NCBI GenBank assembly: GCA_028534125.1
Contig: CM052817.1
Coordinates: 36,148,001 to 36,212,000, forward strand
Reading direction: 5' to 3'
Origin: Lama glama
Lineage: Eukaryota
Length of the DNA: 64,000 nucleotides
A model generated the notes under the pieces. The model saw nothing but the letters and a program-made list of their open reading frames with translations. It was not told the origin of the DNA and did not search any database. The translations under genes were made by a program, and so were the position numbers. Of this stretch, positions 27,001-38,632 are shown piece after piece. Each line of letters begins with the position of its first letter. The first letter of the stretch is position 1.

Positions 27001-28654
27001 TCCCAAAGTGGGGCCTCTTTGCTACTGTTCAGAACTAGAAGTCTTTGTGAACTCAATACAGGCAGAACTTTCAGCTTGGAGGTAGAATTCTTTACATTAA
27101 GATGATAACTTGATGAAACCCTATCAGAGGAAAATGTTATCTTGTGACATTTTTAATACGTCTTTAGGTCCCTGTGTTAAGATCCTGCTTCACTTCATGT
27201 CTTGCTTATTTGTAGACGGAAAGAAAACTGGACAAGGAGTTAGTGAACCTGGGTTCTGGACTTGGCTCTGTTGCCTTGGGCAGATCAGTTTCTCTTGGGT
27301 GCTCAGCTTTACCACATTAAAAAATAAAGCTCTTCTAGCTTTAACCTCCTATGGTTCGAATGTCATCTTTTTTTTTTTCAAGTTAAAAACATCAGTCATT
27401 GTCTCTTTCACCTTTGCTGCACTGTCCAGATAACAACCGCCAAGTTGATGTTTCTGTAGAGAAGCTTTATTTGAGGCTAAGACAAACACCATCACAAAAA
27501 ACAAATGCTTTCCTCTAGTCAGGCCTTTGTGACTGCCGTTCGAGACTTGCCTCTGCTTAAATGTGGACAATACTGGCTGGTGTTCCCTCTGTACTTTGAC
27601 ATATTCTCTGAGATTTAGGTAGTAAGAGACCAGTTGATGGAGATTTCTTTTCATCAAAAACAAAGATGGAGTGGAAGTCGCTACCTTCACCCATCAGATC
27701 TTCATATCTAGATTTTCATGTTGTCTTGCTCTATGTGCAAAAATACATCTTCATCTTAACCCTATTCCTACACATTGAAAGCCACTCAGTGCTGCCACTT
27801 AAATGAAAACTAAAGGTTTGAAGCAAAAGGAGTGAAAGTATGTTGAAAAGACAATAGATGCTTAGCCTAAAGTCATTTTCAAACAGTTATGGATTATAAA
27901 GATTTTCTAATCTGAATTCTGCAGAGGCTCAGAGAACGTCACTGGCTCATTCACAGGCCTATTCGTGGTTAGTGGTGGAGTCCCTGAGCAGCTGATGACC
28001 TGAGAATAAGACTTGTCAGCTTCCAGTTTTCCTACAGTCTATTTAATATCAGCAGCCCCTTTTTAATAGTTCAGCAAGGTGCTGCTTTGTTTCTTTACTC
28101 TTGGTTAGATTTTGGCTCTGCTCACAAATCCAGCACTGATAACTGCATGAGATGTGGCTGTATGATGGGGGAAAGTCATATTGATTATTGGTATCACCGA
28201 GCCTTTGGCTTCAGACATGTATCATGAAAATATTCTTGTGTAAATCAAGTAGGATTCTTTCCACCACCTCAGACTTAAAGATCACTGATACTTTCCATGT
28301 TTCAATACTTCTAGCAAATGTCAGTGTTAACTTTGGTGGAATGATGAGGAGTTTTGACTCTCCTTAGTCAAAAACTGGATTTTATCAGATCACTCACAGG
28401 TGATTAATTCTAAGGGTCATTAATTTTATAAATGAACAATTCATAGAAAATCTAAATATCAGTGTCATAAGCCAAATATAAGCCAGCTATCCTCTTTATC
28501 TACTCTAACTAGAATATCTGGTTTTCAAACAAAGTATTAGAAAGGAAATTGGTTTCTTTCAAATTTGCCATATCTGGGTAATTTTACCACTAAGTCTCCT
28601 TCCAAAATCCAGTGTATCCTTTTACAATCCGAAGATGTTTCTGCCAAGCAACCA

Positions 28655-28891
28655 CAGTTGACCCTTGACTGATGGCAGAGGTTAGGCCTTGTTCAACTCT
28701 CAGCATAACTGAAAATCTGAGTATAGCTCAGAGCCAGCTCTCTGTATCCACAGTCCCTCCACATCCAAGGTTCAGAATCCATGAATTCAACCAACCGCAG
28801 ACCGTGTAGTAATGTAGTATTTACCATTGACAAAAGTCCACATATAAGTGGACCTGTGCATTTCAAACCCACGTTGTTCAAGGGTCAGATG
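28655..28891 (-). mobile_element. Tigger2-derived MITE (MER8-like, TcMar)
   Basis: TIRs CAGTTGACCCTTGA...TCAAGGGTCAGATG followed by TA; about 237 bp. Confidence 0.85.
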
Positions 28892-29169
28892 TAGTAGCAG
28901 AATGCTAGTCTGCAGTGGGGAATGCTGGCTCCTTATTATTTTTAATTTCTGTATGTCTTTTGGTCACTAAACCATCTATTGTTTATCTTTCACAATAAGT
29001 TTTCACCACAAGTCATGTGTTGACAGTTAGGATGTGCCTTAATCTCATCTGCAAACACATTTAATGGATACATCTTATGTTAAAAGTATTCCATGTGTTC
29101 CTAAATTTTGTCATTTTACATGTGAGATGGTACAAGTCACTCATTTCTATTCCTTACATTTCTTTGTGG

Positions 29170-29870
29170 CTATTAAATACAGAAAAGAGCCCAAATTATA
29201 AATATGTATATTGATAAATTTTCATAAAGTAGACAAGTCCAGGTAACCAACATCCAGGTCAACAAATAAAATGTTGTCAACCTTCTCTGGAAGCCCTTAT
29301 CCTGTCCCCTTCCAGTCAATACTGTCACCTTCCACCCACCAACAAAAACAATAATCCTGACTTAGAACACTATAGATTTGACTTGCTTATTTTTAAACTT
29401 AACCTTAAAGTATACATTCTTAGGTGTCTAGCTTGTTTTCCTTGGCTTTATTTTTGTGAGACTGATCCGTGATGCCGTGATGTTGCTTATAGCTGTGACT
29501 CATTCATTCTCATGGCATGTATTCAGTTTTGGAAACCCACCTTATTCATTCTACTGCTGTTGGGCATCTGGATGGTTTCCAGTTTGGGGTTGTTATAAAA
29601 GTGCTTCTATGAACATTCTCATAATATATGTCTTTTGGTGACATTTATATGTCTTATGGCCACGTTTGTTTGGTGTGTACTTAAGAATGGAATTGATGAG
29701 TCATATGTTTAGCTTTAGGAGATACTGCCAAACAGTTTCCCAACATGTCCCACCCCTGCAGCAGTGAGAGAGTTCCAGCTGCTCAGCATTCTTTCTGACA
29801 CTTGACACTGTATTTTGTTTTAGCCATTGTGGTAGGTATGTAGTTACTAACACCTGTGGTTCAATCCTCA
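29170..29870 (-). mobile_element. Old L1M (L1MC/D/E-type) 3' fragment
   Basis: ggtttccagtttggggttgttataaaagtgcttctatgaacattc...gagagttccag resembles antisense L1 3' end. Confidence 0.75.
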
Positions 29871-30565
29871 CTCTTTTTTCTGTAGAAATTAATTTGTGTG
29901 TTCCCTTCCAGTTTTGACAGTCATCTTTCATGAAATACCAATTTAAAAACTTCTTTTGATGGGGTAGATGGTAAAACCCAGAAAAAAATGCCGCCTGCCT
30001 CTTGAATTGTGGTAACAGGAAGAGATAGAAAGAAATGGTTATTTTTATTACTGCTGGTGATAGAAAATAAATCAGGATGTTTTTGCATAATGTCTAGCTT
30101 GTGAAGCTTAGCCAGAGTTCGCTTATTGTTGACCACTTTGAGAGAGGCAAATAAAAAAGGCAACAAAGGATACTCCATTCATGCCTAATCCAGAGTTGCA
30201 TTCAAAGTTGAAGGCCCATAAGAGAAATGATCAAAGCTGATACTATTTGCCCTTCCTCACCTCTGTAACTCTTGCCTTATGTGTACGATAGAAAGAAAAT
30301 GCAGAAGACCAATAGCAAACTTGAAGCAAAGTTACTTCATCTCTTGCTCCATTTAAGTAAGCAAACGTATACATATGAATGTGGCATACCTGTTTATATA
30401 TGAAATGTCCATTCTCCTCTTTTGCAGATATTTATGGAATATAGTTTTCATGTCAGGCACTGAAATAGTTACCAGGGATACAGAAGCACAAACTCCTGCT
30501 CTTGAGGGGCTTACAGTCCAAAGAGAAGACAGACGTGTCAACAAATAGTTACTGCAGAGTATAAA

Positions 30566-30914
30566 TGTGTCAGCCTTTGGGGTGGCTATGACAAAATACT
30601 GTAGACCAGGTGGTTTATAAACAGTTGAAATTTACCTCTCACAGTTCTGGAGGCTGGGAAGTCCAAGATTAAAGTGCCACGGTCTGGTGAGGGCCCACCT
30701 TCCGCTTCATAGACAGCTGTCTTTTTGCTGTCCTCACATAGGGAGCTCCCTGGGGTCTCTTTTACAGGGGGCACTAATCCCACTCATGAGGGCTCCACCC
30801 TCGTGACCTAATCACCTCCCCAAGGCCCCGCCTCCAAATGCCATCACACTGGGGATTCATTTTCAACTTATGAATTTGGTAGGGGAGGGGGACCCGGACA
30901 TTCTGTCTATAGAA
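30566..30914. mobile_element. MaLR solo LTR (MLT1A-like)
   Basis: ctcacagttctggaggctgggaagtccaagat...gagggctccaccctcgtgacctaatcacctccc. Confidence 0.88.
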
Positions 30915-31756
30915 GAGCATAGGTGAGTTACAAGGTGCACACAGGTTGCAGTAGGTGACACCAGGAGAGAATGAGCAGGTCTCCCAGAGTGGGGGAGGTC
31001 AGCAGACGGCTGCACGGGGGAGGGCGGGGACTCTTGGTCTGGACTTTCTCAAACCAAGGAGCAGAGAGGAGGCCATTCCAGGACGGAGGGAGACAGACAA
31101 GGAGGTATGACGCAACCTTGTTGCTCTCTGGCGCTGGAGGCAGTGGGAGGAGGACAAGCGGCAGGCGATGCAGGGCTGCGAGTGCTGCACCAGGGGGCTG
31201 GGCTTGATTTCTCCCCTCTGCCTGTGGAGTCAGGACTTCAAACATTTTGAGCCCTGTGCCTGATTTTAGGGATACAGAGATGAATCAGTCCATGTATCCT
31301 ATCAGCATATGTTCCTTGAATACCTACTGTTTGCCAGAATTTGTCCTTAAAAACACGACAATTCCATAGGGAAGAGAGACTTTTTTTTTTAATGATTACA
31401 GAACTGCCTGGTAAGCAGCGTAACAGAAATACATGCTTTCTTCTTCCCTGGACCTGGAAAATAGTAAATCATCTGGAAACTCTGGACCCCCAGGGGTTTT
31501 AAATAGGGAACTAATGACTAATAATGATCATAGTTTTGATTGAGGAAAAGCAGTATGGCTGATGGAGTGACTTCCAATGATCTGCCGCTAAAGTAGACAT
31601 TTTCCATGGCCACTGACTAATATTATCAATTGAAATAAATTTTGCAAGAATGGTGGGACCTCCGCTGACTCACCTATGCTTTCTCTCTACCCCGAGCATG
31701 CAAGTCTCCTAGCCACCAGGAGCCAGCTCCTCAGCTCTGCTGTTCTTGCGTTTCAG

Positions 31757-31852
31757 GTGAGCAAGAATGAACGCCAGGTCATGAAGCCGCTGTACGACAG
31801 GTACCGCCTGGTCAAACAGATCCTGTCCCGAGCCAGCTCCATCCCCAGCATC
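31757..31852 (+). CDS. FAM13A: FAM13A coding exon ([32 protein letters not shown])
   Basis: tttcag| acceptor, ATC|gtgagt donor, 96 nt, phase 0-0. Confidence 0.97.
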
Positions 31853-33344
31853 GTGAGTACGCCCCGCACTCCGGTCAGTGTCCCGGCTGAGCGGGCCCTG
31901 CTGTATTAATAGGGCCCTAACTTGTCTGCTGATGAAAGAACAGTCTTTCATAGTTGAACCTGCCCTTAGTATCAGTGGCCGCTAAGCTTGAGGGATGAAG
32001 AATTTATCAAAGACTTCTGAGGCTACATTTGTCAAAAATGGGCAGATCTAAAGCTGACTGAATGTTTTTCCCTCTGGGGGAGATGCTTTGACTGAATACA
32101 CCCATCTGACATGTGCTGGGCCAGCTCCCCAACCCTTTCCTCGGAGACAGAACACTGAGGGGACAGGGCCGTGCTGTCTCCAGGGCCCCCACTCTAGAGG
32201 GTGCCTCCCTGGTCTTAAGGGTCCTCTGTTCATGATCTTCTCTCCACCTCCAAGATTAGGGTCAGCCCCTCTGGAATCATACTCAGGGAGAAGTCCTCTG
32301 AGGAGCTCCAGTGAGGGAGCCTCCCTCTTTTTGGAGGACGTAGGAAGTGTGAGGTGGAAGGATGGGAGGGGCAGCTGACAACTGTGAACCGTGCTCAGTG
32401 GCTGCCATCCTTGGACTTGGCTGCTTTCGGCCCCTCAATCTGGATTTTGTCAAGAGTAGGAAACAGTGACTGGCCCTGAGCTCTGGGAAGGCCTTCCGGG
32501 CCCCAGCCAGCTGTCTCCCCTCCCCGATCTCAGCCTGGGCTTGGCCAGCCCAGCCGCAAGGGCAGTGTCCCCACCCCGTCCATCTCCTGCATCCTGTGCC
32601 TCCATTTCAGCACTCTCCTCCCGGGGGATCCCGGGGCTTCCCCTGGTGGCTTTTGGGCTCTGCAGTGAGCAGACACGGCCTCGCTTTTATGTTGGTGCTG
32701 GCGTGTGCATTCTCCTTAGCTGCTGCTATCCGATTGATTCTTGCTTCAAATCTCCCCGTTTATTTCTAGGCCCAAGATGTGGTCTCTGCCTGTCTTTTAA
32801 ACAGTGTATTTGTTCTATGAACGGGGCAGGGTCCAGAGACCTCAGGCAGATGTGTTTATGTTTACTTTTCTAGAAATTTCCTGCAGAATAAATCAGTAAA
32901 CTAACCAACAAAAGGATTAAAGCTAAGGAACCATTTTCATTCTCCAGTCGGGAGCCCTTGGTGTCCCCAAATACGTGAATGGACAGCCTCAGTCGATGAC
33001 CTTTGCATCACAAGAGCTTGTGCTATTACAGTTGTTCTTGAAGTTACTGTGACTAGGAGGGAAGTGGGGAGGTGGGGCTTCTCCTCAGGTTGTTCTGCGT
33101 GCTTGGTTGACTCTCTTGTGCTGTCCTTGCTCTCCTGTGACCCCCATGGTTGTGGGGGTGGGGGGCTCTGAAGTGAAGCAGCAACTTGGGCAAGAACTTG
33201 GGCTGTTTCTTTCTGGATTTCCTGGGAGTCCTTGGTGGGGAGTGATCAGGGTCTGGAGTTAAAAGGCAGAAATAAATCGTGGTGAGTCAAGAGGGGAAGG
33301 GAACAGGGTTCGCCATGTAACCTGCCTCTTAACGCCTGTCGCAG

Positions 33345-33428
33345 GGTTCCCCTTCCAGCAAGCGGAGAAGCCCTTTGCTGCAGCCAATTATCGAGGGCGA
33401 AACTGCTTCCTTCTTCAAGGAGATAAAG
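33345..33428 (+). CDS. FAM13A: FAM13A coding exon ([28 protein letters not shown])
   Basis: cttaac branch-like motif and gtcgcag| acceptor, AAG|gtgaag donor, 84 nt, phase 0-0. Confidence 0.95.
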
Positions 33429-35859
33429 GTGAAGACCTCCTGCTGCTAACCGCCTGCTACACCTGCGTCCATCCCGTCCTGGGTGCCCTCCCTCCCCGAC
33501 CCCGTGCCTCCCTCTCTCCGGTGGATGGAAAGGGGCTGTGATTGGGTCCTTTGTTGACAGCTTCCTGCAGCTTTCCCTAAAAATCCGTAGCTGCTTCTGA
33601 CCAACTTTAAACAATCCTCTTTGATTTACGTTATAAACCAGCTGATCTCCTTAGTTTCATTTGATTCCCCCGCTTTTCGTCTTGTTTTGTTATTGTTTGG
33701 TTTTTATTTTGCTTGCAGGGATTTTTGTTTTGTTTTCACAATGTTTTTTGTTTTGGGTATTTTTTTCCCTCTATTTGGGGAATGGATTTTCTGTACTCTA
33801 AAATTTTGTTAAATTAGCTCATTGGGTAACTTTTTTTAAAAAGATCTCATTTGCTGAGTTTATAGAAAAACCAAAATCAACAAAGGCAATATATATAGCA
33901 CACAGTAAAAAAAAAATTATTTTATAGACAAATCTCTTAGTTGTCTTTGACAGATTTTCAGTCTCACCCACCCTCCCTTCCTCTGGCCTTCCCCCTGGCA
34001 CATTTAGTCCTCTGTGCTCTGACCAGCAGTCACTGGGACACACACTGATATTCCCCCAGTGGTAATACTGGAGTGTATACAGATAATCCTTGTCCTCAGT
34101 GGCTGCTTTTGCTAGTGTAGTGGGGACAGACTGTGTCCATGGCTCTGTACAGACGTAATTGGCCTGGACTAAGATCAACCTCTTTCATGTTTTTGTTTCT
34201 AGACAGCTGAACACACTGACTGCCTTACACAGGGCTCTAGAGATGAAACATCAAAGTCAATCATTTTTTAAAATCAGTGATTGTTTTTTCCAGCAGTTAA
34301 GTTGGAAGGGGGACAAAAACCCCAAACAGAAGTGAGTTTTAAGAGTTTCACTTGTCATATTTCTGTGGCAATCCCAAGTCTGGGGTGGCATTTATTTAGT
34401 GTAGTTAGGAGTGATTATTTCAAAATATGGGGGCCCCGTTCGCACGGGGGGACTCCAATTGAGAACTGCTCCATGTTCTTGCCTGAGTCTCCTCGTAACT
34501 GAGGTAAGGAAGCAGAGGCTGTAAGGTCCCCTTTTCCGTTAACTCTGTTCCTTTTCTTACCTCTCAAGGGTCTCAACTACTTTATAGACCTCACATTCAA
34601 GTGTCAGGCAGTGATCGTGTTCACTCTTCATATTAACTTAACTAGAACTTGTTTTATAAAAAAATGCTCTAACTGTGAAATTTAGGCAGATACCTTACAT
34701 TGTATCTTAAAAATTAGAGCTATTTTTTTTGCAATAAGACTTGATGTTGATAAAAGAAGACAAATATTGTCTTGCTGGTAATTTTACACCAGAATTAAAT
34801 CACTGTAATTGAAGAAATTTGGGCAATTGTGTGTATGAAAATTAGCATATTTCTCTTAGAAGTATGCGATAAAACTGTTCCTGGATAAAAATGTGTTCTT
34901 GAACACATCCCACATATGACACTTACTAATTGCCTCATGAAACAAATGAAGCTACATGAATGATGCTCTTTTGAAAAGAGGATGTTCTTCCCAATCTTAT
35001 CTTTTAGCTTAGTTTATTTTTTTCACAAGTATATTTTGGCCATGGTTCTTCTCCTGGTCCTCATGGTGGTCAAAATTTCAGATAATTTTGCAGTGATTAC
35101 TTTGCTTTTGTAAACAGTGTTGCCTTTTAGTTCATTTTGTTCCAGTTGGCCAAGCTTATCAGCATGTAACTGGATTGTATTACTTCTCAGCAATTCTGAT
35201 ACAATTTAGAATTTGGTGTGTGTGTGTGCAGATAAAAAGATTGCATCTAAATGGTTTCTTTGAAAACCGTCCCTGGCTATAAATGCTTGTGGGAAGGCCC
35301 CAGCTGTTGGAGAGAGTCAGCTCAAGTTCTAAAGCCCTAGGTCCTCCAACCCCCAAATCCTGCAGATCAGCTAGTCGGTTCTATCCAGCATAAGAATTCT
35401 CTCTGAAACTTCTCTGGCAGAATAGAGACATTGTCCCTGAGAAGTGCTTCCATCCTCAACGCTTGAAAAGCTTGCAGTGATGAAGAGAGCCAGGTCACTC
35501 ATTACGTGGGCTTAGCATCAGTGTTATTAGTTAATTATTAGTTTTATGATTATCACTTTTAAAATTACTGACTACAGTGTAGTAATTACATAACATGTAA
35601 TTTCAGAATGGATAGGTTTAAGAACTATAAAATACTACCATTAATGAAAATAATTAAATCATAATATTTGGAGTTACTACTATTTGTATTGCTTCCCTGA
35701 GGGCACTGCGTCTGTTTATAGTCACCTGCCCTGCCCACGCCTCCCCACCCCTGTGAACTGTTTTTCCTCCAGGTTCTTCTCACTGTTTCTCGCGTGATAT
35801 GGGCTCCAGACCTTCCAGCAGACTAGTGGCTCGGCTCTGTACGCCCACACCAGTCTCTC

Positions 35860-36720
35860 TGTATCCCTCTTAAGTACTGACACCCAGAACTGAACATTAT
35901 TCTAGATATGATTTAAGCAGAAGGACAGTGGACCAAGGACTAGTCCTGACCTTGATCCGGAGTCAGTTCTACAAGTCTACGCCTGCATGACTGTCAGTGA
36001 ACTTTGAGTTCATCTGAGTCTTTCTGGGGCAGGATGCCTCGACCTCAGTCTGCAGACATTTGGAGCCAGATAACTCTGTTGTGGGGGGCTGGCCTCCACC
36101 CACTGGGTGCGAGCAGTGCACTCCAACCACCCCCTCCCCAGTGTGACAACCAAAAGTGCCTCCAGACATTGCCAGACGTCCCCTGGGGGCATACCTGCCC
36201 TCAGATGAGAACCAGGTCTTGTGGCCTCACCTCACTTCTGATTTATACCAACCCCAGCTTCCTTTTCCAAGGGCTGCTTAGTGTCCATGTGTCTTTTTCT
36301 CATCTAATTATAGGACCTTGAGTTTTTCCGGTTGGTTAACTTTTCATGCTTCTATTCCAGCCTTACGACATAGACTAAATCTAGATTTTGTATTCCAACA
36401 CACCAGATATCCCTACCCACTCTTTATCTGCACGTTTTGTGAATATCCCTCTGGCCCCTTATCCAAGTGACTGGTGAATGTTGGTGAATGTCGGTCAGGT
36501 AAAGAGCCTGCCAGAGCCCTCCGTCCGCGTCCACAGCAGCAGTGCAGCAGCCCCCCTGCATAAGCCTTCACAGCCAGCTCTCCTGCCACAGATCACCACA
36601 CCTCATTCTTTATTGAAATCCAGATATTATGCTATTCCTATGACAAAAGGAAGAATGGTTAGTTTTGTGATTTGTTTTCAAGGAGCCAGTGCTAGTCACT
36701 GTTGACTGATTGTTTCTAAT
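35860..36720 (-). mobile_element. Ancient CR1/L3 LINE remnant interrupted by MER20
   Basis: acccagaactgaaca motif; - strand 36490-36420 gives frameshifted SHLDKGPEG / IFTKRADK, resembling CR1 RT NDLD..G..LIKFADD. Confidence 0.55.
36030..36216. mobile_element. MER20 hAT DNA transposon
   Basis: tgtgacaaccaaaagtgcctccagacattgcca...cccctggggg...gagaacc. Confidence 0.88.
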
Positions 36721-37735
36721 TACTCCTATGTTATCTATATATTAATTCCGTCTAGAATCTACTCAGTATCCACAGCAACCTGATGGTCTTATAATCTGAA
36801 GATCTGCTGTGCTGTTTCTTTTTCCTGTGATTTTCACAGCTTACTGAGAACAGTTTTGCTTAGCTTCATTGTAAAAAAAACATTGAGTTCTCAATGTCTA
36901 CAAGACACGATCTCACATTTTTAAGTTCTATCAGGAGCTCGGGGTATAATTGATAGGCCGAGACTGCTGGCTTCATTTCTTAACTGTCTCGGGCTTTAAT
37001 ATGCTCTTAATAGTAATTTGGATTTCTCTTTTAAAACTGAATTACTCGACTAACAAGACGTTTATTGAGCACCAAATGTAGGCAGACATGGGCTGATCGG
37101 TGTGGGCGGCAGTGAACAGAGAGACCCAATCTCTCCCTCCGTGGAGTTCACAGCAGATGATTCCACCTGCTCTTCCTCCTTGGGGTGGGGGGAGGGAGGG
37201 GGGCTGGGGCAAGGCTGAGCGGCTGAGCCGCGCTGCCTGTGCCCTAGGGGTACCTGATCAGGTACTTGACATGCATTATCTCACTTCTTATAAAAACTGC
37301 GTGGATGGGACTTGCTACTTCCTCTGACACAAAAGAGAAACTTTAAACTATTAACTGAAAAGCCACTTTTACTCCGTAAATTTTAAAGTGAGTTTAATTT
37401 TTAAAAAATTAATAATGAAGCATTTACTTCCATAGACCAAGCAAGGAGATTGAAGATCTACCCTCGGCCTTGACAGCTGTTAATTGTGCTGTATATGAAA
37501 TTTTTTTATAATTTTTTTCCCTGTTGAATAGCTGTGTTCAGTGTTTGTCTTATTTACTGTGAACATACAGATATTCAGTAACATATACATCATGTGCACA
37601 TGTGTTGCTAAACATAGATTTAAAGAAGAAACTATATGGTGTCTGGGTACTTAAATGACCGTTAAGTGATTCTCGTAATGCAAGAGGGCCAGAAAAAGTA
37701 ACCAGATTTTTATTGCGGTTGCTCTGTATCTCCAG

Positions 37736-37929
37736 GAAGAAGAGGAGGGTTCGGAGGATGATAACACAAAGCCAGACTTCACAGTCACCCTGAAAACCGA
37801 TTTCAGCGCCCGTTGCTTTCTGGACCAATTTGAAGATGATGCTGACGGATTTATTTCCCCAATGGATGAGAAAATACCATCAAAATGCAGCCAGGACACC
37901 GGGCTTTCAAATCTCCATGCTGCTTCAAT
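37736..37929 (+). CDS. FAM13A: FAM13A coding exon (EEEEGSEDD...GLSNLHAAS)
   Basis: tctccag| acceptor, AAT|gtatgt donor, 194 nt. Confidence 0.96.
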
Positions 37930-38530
37930 GTATGTTATTTGGGGGGTAGTATTGGAATGTTTTGGTGAAAATAACTTTCTAAAATATTATTTTAGCCTTT
38001 GTACTTACATAAATTGGCTGACAAAACATGAGTGACTTACCTGGGGTGCGTCCATGCAGATAAACAGTGTGTGTTTGTTTTTAAACTTCTGGCTCAGTGT
38101 TTTTATAAGCTTCATCCCCTGTTATTTGAGGGAGCATCTGAGATCTTGCGTAAACAGTCAGAAGGTCTCTGTGATGGCATTGTGTGGTTCTGGTCTCCAC
38201 AGCTCACCATTTAACACACACTGAGCACAGATAGGTGTCATCTCTTTCTTTCAAAGCAAAATTCGACAAAGCACCATGGGATTTCACAAGCCCAAAGAAT
38301 TCATTAGTAACAGGAGCCTCGCAGGAGCCCCGGAAGCCGTGTCTGTTGTCAGCATGCTCTGGCTTCCAGCGGGTAGGAAACATCCCTTCCTGCTGACCCT
38401 GAGCTCCCTGACAGTTCCTGTATTCGTGTGCTTTCCGCTTTCTCCACAACCCTATCAAGCTGCACATTCATAACATTTATAACAATTCAGATTTAACTCA
38501 ATTTGCTTGAAATTCCTCTGCCCCCCTTAG

Positions 38531-38632
38531 ACCAGAACTCTTGGAACACCTTCAGGAAATGAGAGAAGAAAAGAAAAGGATTCGAAAGAAACTTCGTGAC
38601 TTTGAAGACAATTTTTTCAGACAAAATGGAAG
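38531..38632 (+). CDS. FAM13A: FAM13A coding exon (PELLEHLQEMREEKKRIRKKLRDFEDNFFRQNG)
   Basis: ccccttag| acceptor, AAG|gtaagt donor, 102 nt. Confidence 0.97.

Noticed and set aside
33684..33887. Possible RNA stem between TTTGGTTTTT (about 33696) and AAAAACCAAA (about 33866)
   Set aside because: Low-complexity pairing of only about 7+10 bp, easily explained by chance
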